This document shows, one piece after another, positions 13,405-24,139 of a DNA stretch of 64,000 bases. A program made the translations under genes and the position numbers. The stretch lies in the NCBI GenBank assembly GCA_963920595.1, contig OY986946.1, positions 9,672,001-9,736,000 on the forward strand, written 5' to 3'. Origin of the DNA: Eimeria praecox. Its lineage: Eukaryota. Within the stretch, counting starts at the first letter, position 1. Every line of letters starts with the position of its first letter. The notes under the pieces are model-generated. The model saw only the letters and a program-made list of their open reading frames with translations. It did no database searches and was not told where the DNA came from.

Positions 13405-13819
13405 ATCGGTGCTCCGTGCGGTCTCTAGCAATCCATATGGGCGCACAGGATTTGTGGGCACTCTCCGTGCGAGGCGCTGCTGTGAATCTGCGTTGGCAAA
13501 ACGGAACGGGTATTTAATTAACTGGCAGTAAAACCCCGCTGCGGTCCACCGAGCCCTTCTTGTATTCCAAGGACGCGCTGATGCCTTCAGCGATTTGAAC
13601 TTGACAGTCTACGCAATGCCGCGAGGGAAGAAGGGAGCCGTCTGAGCAGCAATTGTGAGATATGCTTGCGCACGCACTTACGCAGGGCTGGCGTTGAACG
13701 CCAAATTTATCATGTGCCCGGTGAAGGTAGATATACTGCGCATTAGAGTGCAAACGTATGTGCAGAGGGAAATGCGCACACGGAAATGGCGCAAGAACAA
13801 TTTCTGGCGTGTCTTATAT

Positions 13820-16800
13820 TATTGAGAGTTTGGGGCCCCTCAATGTGCATTTGTTGAAGAAGACCTGTCATCATAGGTCGCTTTATTGAATAAATAGGGC
13901 TGTGTCTGTGCAGTGTTGTAGTAGCCGGGATTAATAGGTGTAGTTTCCTCGATGCGGGAGATGGCGGTATGGCGAATCTGGCTGGCTTTGCGGCCCAAAG
14001 CACTGTTCTACGTGTACATCCAGGAGTGCACGTACAAGGTTATGCTTCGGGAAAGGATTTGCGCAATTTGACCTCGGTCAAAATTATTCTCTTACGCGTA
14101 TTAACAGGTGCTGATCGCACCGCACGTATTTGCTGGATCTGTGCTTTTCTCCGGAGCTCCGTACTTTTTGCACCTTCTCCGAGCCATAGCCCCAGGGGCA
14201 TTATAAAGGGCCGTGAATTCTTCGCAAACGTCTGGTTGAGGCGCACGTTGCTTGCTCGTAACGGATATGTACTCCACGTGTATCTATCTTTAGATGCGAC
14301 GGGGCACCGCTTCCTTTGTTTCGGAGTTTCACGCTGTTCGGCTCAGCCAGTAAGCATAGCGTTTATCCAACAATTTGGGAGGCGCGTCCTCCTGACGTCA
14401 AAGCTTTGACGCCAGGAGGACGCATTGTGAACAGCCCGTTTGAAACAGGGTGATTGTGGGGTGCGCCTGAACACTTCGACCGGCTTGTATATACACAGTT
14501 AGTTGCCTGGCTAGTTTGCAAGATGCGTACGTGCTTGTAGAATGTAGACGGGAACGGGTAGCTGGAGAGGAGGCATGGGATCATTTCGCTGTGGCGGTGC
14601 TCTACTGTGATATTGTTGAGTGCAATGGATTGGGGTGCTTTGATGTGCATTTTTGAACGGGCTCTGTCGCCAAGCGTTGTTTTGCTCAGTAGATAAGGCA
14701 GTGTCTGTGCAGTGTTGCATTAGCCAGGAGTGACCGGTGAGAGGTTTGTGGCTTTTGCTATGGGTGGCATGGCGGTGCGCAATGTGTGCATAACGGTGCG
14801 GGCTGGAGTACTGGCGTGCATGGGAAAGACTGTAAGTACTTGCAAGGCGATGACTGGGGTAGGCGTTTTGTTTGTTGAACTCGGTCAAAATGATTTGTCC
14901 ACAAGGGCATGAGCATTTGGTAGATCTGTCCCTCTGGCTGGAACTGTTCTGTAACACGTGAAGCACCTGTATGCAACTAGACCGGGCCGCATGATAAAAG
15001 GCCGCGAGCTAGTTGCGCTTCCTTGAACCCTCCACGGTGAACATATCATACTGTAAAATGCGGACCAATCCAAACCCTTACCTGTTTAATGTAACGTCGT
15101 GTTGCAACTGACAAGCGTGAAACTGTTGGTTTGCCGTAGCAAAGTGGTGGTTACAGCGCGGGCTGTATACGTTTAACGGCATATATTTTGTGTGCGCCTA
15201 TCTGCAGATGCAGTGTAACATCCCCTCCTCTTTTTCGCAATCTCACGATTCTCGACTCAGACGGTATGCCCCTTCTCTGTGCCAACGCTTCGCAGGGAGT
15301 TCCGCGGATAGCGGGAAGCATTAATGACAGGGAGTGGAAAGCATGCTCACAGGCGGAGGCCATCCTCACCTGAACTGTGCGCGAGTCCTAGTTGATAGGT
15401 AGCTGACGCGGCTCCTTGTTGCTGTGATTGGCGAACGCGGTTTGATTGGATTGCCGTAACTAAGATGTAGTTGAGGATAATGCTGCTTTCTTTTAATGGA
15501 CTTGCATTTTGTGTGCGCCCTTCTGCAGATGCGGCGCTGCAGCCCGTCCTTCGTTTTGCATTTTCACGCTGCGCCTCTCAGACAGTATGCAACGAGCGTA
15601 CCTGACTGTTGGGGATGCGTTCCGAGAACACCTAACTGCAAATCCTATCCACATCCTCATGCTTTTCGCCTTATAGGCAGTTTGACTCTCCTTCATGCTA
15701 ACGCTTCGCAGGGAGTTCCGCGGATAGCGGAAAGCATCAATGAGAGCGAGGAGAAAGCATGCTCACCCGCGGAGGCTATCCTCAGCTGAACTGCGGGCGA
15801 ATCGAAATTGATACGTAGTTAGCGCAGCTGCTTGGTGCTGTGATTGGCGAACGTGGTTTGATTGCATTGCCGTAACTACGAGGGACTTGAGGACAATGCT
15901 GCTTACTTTTAATGGATTTGTATTTTGTGTGGGCCTATCGGGTCCGTGTCCGTTTGTATTTGTTGGATCTGTGTATGCTGTTGGCCTGTTGCGTGACACC
16001 TTAACCGCCAACGCGTGCTAGGGTGACAAACAGGATAAAGAAATCGCGCGCTCTTCGTTTGTAATCCGATCCTCGCTGGCTCACTGGGTTATACGCCAAC
16101 CACTGCGTATAACTCGTGCCAGTGCGCATCCATACTGATTCAGGAGCTTGTTGCCTCCACTGACGAGCGCGAGCCAATCGCATTTTCGTAACAAGCATGT
16201 AGATGAGCCGCACATTGCTTGTTTTTTAACGGGCATGTACTGCATGTGCGCCTATCTCTAGGTGGAACGCGGGAGCGCGTCCTTCTGTTTGCATTCTCAC
16301 GCTGTTCGGCTCAGCCAGTAAGTATAGCGTCTACCAAACACTTTGGAAGGTGGTTTGAGGGAAGCAGGAAGCATTGTGAGCAGCCCGTTTGAACCGTGTT
16401 GGTGGTGGGACGCGCCTGAACACTGCTACCGTTCGGTATGCACACAGTTAGTTGTCTGGCTAGTTTGCAGATACGCAGCAAGATGCGCGGGTGCTTGTAA
16501 ACTGCAGACCAAAGGGCGAAGAAGGCAAGGGGATATGGGATCATTTCGCTGTGGTGGTACGCGTCTGTGATATTGCTGAGGGCGATGGATTGGGGCGGCT
16601 TGATGTGCATTTGTTGAGTGGGTTCTGTCATCACGCGTTGTTTTGCCGAGTATATAAGGCAGTGTCTGTGCAGGGTTGTACTATCGAGGAGGGCCATTGA
16701 GGTTTTCGCTGTGAGGGGAATTGTGGAATGTCCCCTCTGTGTGGCTGTGCGTCCCAAAGCACTGGTGTGCGTGGACATGTCTGAGCGCACTCAGAATGGG

Positions 16801-19800
16801 GCATTTGGTGGTGGGATTTTTGTTGATTAGAGTCCGCCCAAAGGATGTGGTCACGCGCAGTCGGAGGCTCCGGCCGTGGCGCTTGTATTTGTTGGATCTG
16901 TGTATGTCGTTGCCGTGTTTCGTGACACCTTAGCCGCCTACATGTTGTAGCCCGACAAGTGTGATGAAGGGTCGCGCGCTCTTGGTTTATCATCCGATCC
17001 TCACAGGAAAACCCACTGTCTATAACGCGTGCCAGTGCACATCCATGCCTAGTGAATGGAGCAGCTCGTTGCTGTCATTGACTAGCGCGAAAAAGGTGCA
17101 TTTTCGTAGCAAGCATGCAGATGAGCCGCACGCTGCTTGCCTTTTAACGGGCGTGTAGTCCACGTGCGCCTATCTCTAGGTCCAACGCGGGAGCGCATCG
17201 TTCCTTTTGCGTTAAGAGTATCCGCGTTCTGCAATCCTTCTGTTTGCAATTTCACTCTGGTCGGCGCAGGAAGTATGCATCGCGTTTTGCCCAACACTTT
17301 GGATGGTGTTTTGAAGGCAGCAGGAAGCATTGTGAGCAGCCCGTTTGAAACACATTGATGGTGGGATGCGCCTGAACACTGCGACCGGTCGGTATGCCCG
17401 CAGTTAGGTGCCTGGCCAGTTTTGCAGGTACGCAACAACATACGTGAGTATTTGCAGCATGTAGACGGGAAGGCGGAACTGGAGAGGGGGTATGGAATCA
17501 TTTTCGTTGTGGCGGCGCATGTCTGTGATATTGCTGAGGGCGATGGATTGGGGCGGCTTGATGTGCATTTGTTGAATGAGTTCTGTTACCACGCGTTGTT
17601 TCACTGACTAGATAGGGCAGTGTCTGTGCAGTGTTGTGCTAGCCAGGAGTGACAGTTGAGGTGTTTGAGGTTTCTGCTATGCGTGGAATGGCGGTGCGCG
17701 CTGTGTGTGTCACGCTGCGGGCTAGAGTACTGCTCCGCATGGGGATGCCGGAATGTACTCGCAAAGGGCATTTGTTTGTTGTTATCGGTCAAAGTGATTT
17801 GTTCGTGCGTGCTGGTAGGTGGTAGCAAGGGCATGAATATTTGGCGGATCTATGCCGCTGGGAAGTGTTTCGTAACACCTGCTGCGCCTCCTTGTGCTAG
17901 AGCGAGATGCATGATAAAGCGCTGCGAACTGGTCGCTCCCCCTTGCGCCCTTCGTGATAATCATCAATAAGCATGCGGACGGCTCCAAATCCTTACCTGT
18001 TGAATAGAACGTCTTGCTGCGACTCGCAAGGGTGAAATTCTTGGGCTGCCGTAGCAAGCGGTTGGTCACGGCGCCCGCTGTATACGTTTAACAGCAAATA
18101 TTTTGTGTGCGCCTATCTGCAGACGCAGTGCAACATCGCCTCCCCTTTTTTGGAGGCTCACGGGTCTCGGCTCAGATGGAATGCCCCGTCCTGCCAGCGC
18201 TTGGCAGGGAGTTCTCCAGCCAGTTGAAAACATTAATACACCCAGTGGAGAGCAGGCTCACAAGCGACGGCCATCCGCACCTGAACTGTGGAAGAATCCA
18301 AGCTGATAGGTAGTTAGCGCAGGTGCTTGTTACTGTCATTGGCCAAGGCGGTTTGATTGCAATGCTGTAACTAAGGGGTAGTTGAAGTGAATGCTGCTTA
18401 ATATTAGTGGATTTGTATTTTGTGTGTGACTCTCTGTAGATGCGGCGCGGTAGCATGCTCACCTTTTTGAAACCTCACGCTGCCCGTCTCAGACAGTAAG
18501 CATCGAGCTTACTCATCTGTTTGGGATGTGTTCCGGGAGCACCTATCTGTATGCAGTGCGGCAACGCCTCGTCTTTTGCGCAGCATCATGCTTCTCGGCG
18601 CACAGATGGTTTGACCCTTCTTTGTGCCAACGCTTGGCAGGGAGTTTCGCGGGCAGTGGAAAGCCTAAATCACAGCGAGTGGAAAGCATACTCACACGAC
18701 ACGGCCATCCTCACTTGAACCGTGGAAGGATCCAAGTTGATAGGTAGTTTGTGCAGCTGGTTGTTGCTCTCATTGGCTAAGACGGTTTGATGGCAATGCC
18801 GTAAATAAGGAGTGATTGAGGAGAATGCTGCTTACTTTTAATGGACCTGTAATTTGTGTGTGCCTCTCTGTAGATGCGGCGCGGTAGCACATTTTCCTTT
18901 TTCAAACCTCTTGCTGCTTGTCTCAGACAGTATGCATCGAGCGTACCCAGTTGGCTGGGGTGTGTTTCAGAGGGCACCTACCTGCAGATGCACTACAGTA
19001 TCCCCTCCTCTTTTTCTCAATCTCACGCTTCTCTGCTCAGGCGGTATGCCGCGTCTCTAAGCAAACGCTTGGCAGGGAGGTTCGCGGGGCAGTGGAAAGC
19101 CTAAATCACAGCGAGTGGAACGCATGCTCACACGCCGCGGCCATCCTCACCTGAACTGTGGGCAAATCCAAAGTAGATAGATAGGCAGTCAGCGCAGCTG
19201 CTTGTTGGTGCCATTGGCGAACTTGGTTTGATTGCAGTGCCATACTTCAGGGCTATTTAAGGAGAATACTGCATTTATTTAATGGGGTTGTATTTTGTCC
19301 GAACCTATTGGGTTTGTATCCGTTTGTATTTGTTTGTTTTGTGCTTTTCGTTGGTCTGTTTCGTGACACCTGCGCCGCCCACAAATGCTAGGCCGAGATA
19401 CATAATAAAGGGTCGCGAGCTCGTCGTTTGTCATCCGACCCTAACAGGAACAACCAGCGCCCATAACGCATGCCAGTACACATCCATGAGTAATGAATGC
19501 AGCCGCTCGCTGCCGCCATTGAGAAGCGCGGAAACATCGCATTGCCGTAGCACGCAGGCAGATAGGGCGCATTTTGCTACGGGTAACGCGTACTTGCTCC
19601 ATGTGCATCTATCTTTAGATGCGACGCTGTAGCGCGTCATTCGGTTTGCAATATCATGCTGTTCGGTTCAGCCAGTATGTTTATTCACCATTTTGGAAGG
19701 TGCTTTGGCCGGAGCAGGAAGCATTGTGAAGAGGCCATTTGAAGCACGTTGGTGGTTAGACGCGCCTGCACACTGCGGCCTGTTGATTTGCACACATTTA

Positions 19801-21660
19801 GTTGCCTGCCTAGTTTGCAGGTAGGCACCATGATGATTGCGTGTTTGTAGAGTGCATACGGGAACGCGAAGATGGCAAGGGGGCATGGAATCATTTCGTT
19901 ATGGCGGTGCATGTCTGTGATATTGCTGACGGCGAGGGATTGGGATTGGGGCGCCTTGATGTGCATTTGTTGAGTGAGTTCTGTTACCAAACGTTGTTTC
20001 ACTGACTAGATAGGGCAGTATCTGTGCAGTGTTGTGCTAGCCAGGAGTGACAGCTGAGGCGTTTGAGGTTTCTGCTATGCTTGGAATGGCGGTGCGCGCT
20101 GTGTGTCAAGCTGCGGGATAGAGTACTGCTGTGCATGGAGTTGTCTCAGGGTACTCGCTAAGCGACGATTGGGGTAGAGCATTTGCTTGTCGGAATCGGC
20201 TTAAGTGGTGTGGTTAGGCGCAGTACCAGATAATAACGGTGACATCAGTAGTTAGTGGATCTGCACCTCCGGCTGGAGGGGTTTCGTGCCTTCCGCAAGA
20301 ACAGGATGTGCTAGAGTGAGATGCATGATGAGTGCGGCGGGTGGTCCGTCTGCCACTCGATCATCACATGAGAAGCTCTTCAGCAACTCAAACCAGAAGG
20401 ACTGATTATTGATCCGTAGCCAAGAGCGCTGCTTGCTGGTGCCACTGACAAACGCGAATTGATTGCATTGCCCCTAGCAAAAGTGTGGCTGGCGCCCGTC
20501 ATATTAACGTTTAACGAGTATGTATCTCGTATGCACCTACGTGTGGGTGGTGCGCTCCAACGCTTCCTTCGTTTTGCAATCGCACGCTTTCCTCCCTAGC
20601 GAGTATGCCCCTAGTTTCCAGGACTCGACCCTAGGGCAGCATAAGGCGTTGGGCGAATGCAGGTGGTGCTAGTGTCTTTTTTAGTCGATGCGTCTGTGCA
20701 TCTGATTGGAATTGCTTCGTGACACCTGCAGAGCCAACACGTGATATAGCGAGGCGCGTGATAAAGGGTCGCGCCTTCTCAATGCGCCCCACGATCCCCA
20801 CATGGGAACCTCACCCTAGAAACCAGGCCACTCCAAAACGATTCCTAGTCAATACGGCGGCTGCTGCTGCCATTAATCAGCCTGAAACAATCGGACGGCA
20901 ATAGCAAAGGGATGGATAAGCTGCACGATGCTTGCATTTAATGCTATGCATTTCATGTGCCCTCATCTACACACGGGGTGGCCCAGCGCGTTCTTCGTTC
21001 TGTTCTCAGCCAGTATGTAACGAGTTTATCCAACAATCTGCGAGGTGTTTTGAGGGCAGCAGGAAGCACTGCGAACAGCCCATGTGAAGCACGCTGATGG
21101 TGGGACGCGCCTGATCATTGCGACCGGTTGGTATGCACACATTTAGTTGCCTGCCTAGTTTGCAAGTAGTCAACAAGATGCGTGCGTGCTTGTAGACTGT
21201 AGCGGGCAACATCTACATAATAGTGGAATCCTTTGGCTGTGGGAGTGCGTGTCTGTGATATTGCTGACGGCGAGGGATTGGGATTGGGGCGCCTTGATGT
21301 GCTTTTGTTGAATGGGTCCTGCCACCAAGCGTTGTTTCACTGACTTGATAGGGCAGTGTCTGTGCAGTGCTGTGCTAGGCAGGAGTGGCGGGCCAATTTG
21401 GGAGGAAGCGTGGAATGGCGGCGCGCGGTGAGGGCGTCATGGTGCTGGCTGGAGTAGTGTCTTGCATGCACATGCCTGAGCGCCCTCGGAACGCGGTGTT
21501 TGGGGGTGATATTTTTGTTTGTTGGAGTGTGTCCAACTGGTGTGTCCACGCGCCGTGCTAGGTAGCAACTGTTGCATTAGTAGTTGGCGGACTTGTGCCT
21601 CGGGCAAGAACTGCTTCGAAACAGCTGCAGCATCCACAAGTAATACAACGGGCGATAAAA
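13820..21660. repeat. Old modular repeat family: six divergent E cores interleaved with five ~320-440-bp F modules
   Basis: E core (atgtgc.ttt.ttga...gtctgtgcag) at about 13843, 14643, 16603, 17561, 19959 and 21297. F module (cgctt.gcaggga...ccatcc.cac.tgaac.g...aatgctgc) at about 15170-15490, 15490-15930, 18085-18410, 18410-18840 and 18840-19285. Confidence 0.88.
14384..14423. other. 40-bp near-perfect palindrome centred on AAGCTT
   Basis: gcgtcctcctgacgtcaaag|ctttgacgccaggaggacgc pairs at 19 of 20 positions with no spacer. Confidence 0.95.
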
Positions 21661-24139
21661 GCTTCCTTTGTGTGAATCAGTCAAAGTGATTGAACAACGA
21701 ATAAAGCAATTGTATTGAAACCTTGGTAGATGCGGTTGATATGCTTGATATGCCTGTTGTTAATATCAGATATGCTTTTCTCGCCACACAGGGTTTGCAC
21801 TGCCTCCAGGTAATTTCTACTCCGGTTGTCTAACTTGCAGTGTCGTCCATATGCACGCTGTTTTGTCTCCTGCATGAGGTTTTAGGGGTGCCAAGATTTC
21901 AGCAGTTGCACGTGCTAGGGCTGTGGGAGGCATGGACGTCTTGATGCTCCCTTCGCTGGTTTACCTCCTTACCTCAGTGGCACAGTGCATCCGTTAAGTG
22001 AGTACAATTGTGTGTACTCGGTGTGAAGAGCTCACATGCCACTGCACGTATTTTGAAAGCAATTAGCCATTTTATCAGCGTTTGATCAATTCGCGACTGC
22101 AAATTGTAACTTTGAGTCTGCTACCTCTTATCGCTGTTAGAGACCAACGATAAATCAGACAGATTAGCGTTCAAAGTTGGAGCGTGGAACTGTATGAAGG
22201 GCTTGTTGGATCGTGCTTTCTTCATGCCGATAATACATGCAGCTCATGAATGAGCTCGTGTCTGCATATTCGTCGTTGCAAGGCCTTTTCCTGCGGCGAC
22301 GGCATTTGGTTTGCCCAGCGAGTACGTACACAGTTCAAACACACGCGGGACATGCGCAGCGGCCAGCAGTGCGACCAGCGGGTGTACAAACATCCTGAGG
22401 GTATGCCGGTAATGCAAGCTCTGGCTCTTACGTGCGTGCTGCTGTTGAAGGAGCGTGGACGCAGGTGGAACTGCGCTCATATGCATAATCGCTTGGTAAC
22501 GGGCACCGGACCAGCAGCTTAAGCTCACGCCTTTCGGTTCTAGCGGCATGCTGAGAAGTCGATCTGCAATAGCACGACGGGGCCGGATGCTACAAAAGAC
22601 CAAGGCAGTTAAATGAACTTGTAGTCGTTTTGTTGTACGCCAAGCAGCCTGCTTGCAGTGAAGCAGCGTGGCAACTGGAGAGGAATTATGAACAGCACTG
22701 GCGATCATCCGCATGGCTTAATTTGGAAAAGCAATCGGGCGTGAGCGTGAGTTGCCTTTCATTGTGCTGTTAGAACGGCGCCGCAGCCTATATGCCGTAT
22801 GTTCTGTATCTCGTATGCTCCGCGTTTGACGATGATGCGCTGTCCCAGGGTTGCAGTACAAGTCACCAACGTGAATGCGCGCAGAACTGTTTCGTGTTTC
22901 TGAGTGGGGGCATGGGAGGCTTGGGACAACGAACCGACAAGTGAACAATTGTGCACATTGCAGACAATGGTGTATCAACTTGGCACTTCCAGCGGTGAAA
23001 GTGAGCCTGATTTGCGTTATAAATGGGTCGCTCCAGCCAGTAATTCTTGATTAACACTACGCTTTTTGCCGCCCCACTGGGCAGCCTCAGCAGCACAACC
23101 TGCGGGGAGCTCCAAAGGTGTACACTAGCATGCCTTGCATCTGCATGCTTCTGCCGGTGTTGCAGTATTTCTTGAGCGCGATGCTGTGCAAAAGTGCTGC
23201 GGCGACGTGCCACGCCATCTAGCGTTATCCTCGCAAATCATTTGCACGGCACGGTTCTGATATCCTGCGTGACTAAGCAAAGCGCAGGTGCCCTCCGGGC
23301 CCTGCATGCCCATGGGCCAGCCTTTACAAGGAATGGGCGTTTGCGGTGCATGCCTCGAGCGTGTTCTTGACGTTCATTTGTTGGATGCTCCTGTTTAGCC
23401 TCTGGAGGAAGGAGGCTCAACAATGATTTGGTGTTTCTGGCTCATGCCGCAAAAGAAAGAAACCCGGGAGACATTCCGCATCTATTGCGCTGACTGCCAG
23501 TCATAGCGCACCTCGAACTAGGAAAGCCTGGTGCTGCTGCTGAACTCCTTGCCTTCAATACGGAACGATGTCTTGTGGATAAATGAGCATTCATGCTTCT
23601 CTCCTGCCAAGGCTGTCTCGGCATGCCAATCAGTAGGCATGCATCCCAGCCAGGATGTTGCGAATTTGTGCATTACGACCTCTATGCGCATGAAGGGCTC
23701 CCACCGGCGTTAAGCAGCTGCTGCAAATTGTCCACATGCAATGGGCGTCCCTCTAAGGAATCTTGGTTGCACTGTGTTTGGCTTGGCACAGGTGGGAGTT
23801 AAACATAGGAACAGGCTGTAATTGCTCCCATGTTGCCGAAAATTAAAAACATTCAGCAAGTGCGTTCGCAACAAAGGTGCAACAGCTTGCTCGGACGCTC
23901 GATGCAGCTGAGTGGGAGAGGCAAGGTTTCCGCAATGCCCTGCGTAAAAAGAATGCCCGATAACTTCCATACGTAAACGGCTTTGTTGGACAGTACAAAT
24001 TTGTATTTGCTAGCCACCTGCAGTTATCCGCTTTCCCGACAAAGCAGGGTGGGAAGGGTGCGAATAAGATTGCGGGCTCCAGCGAGTCGGACTTTCTGGC
24101 CCATTTGATTTTGTACATTCATCATGCAGACAGGGCATG

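Noticed and set aside
19931..19951. gggattgggattgggg as a G-quadruplex
   Set aside because: Only three G3 tracts, produced by a 6-bp slippage duplication absent from other copies.
13820..21660. CRISPR-like repeat-spacer reading of the recurring motifs
   Set aside because: The repeats are long, degenerate and irregularly spaced, the intervening sequences are mutually homologous, and no cas genes are present.
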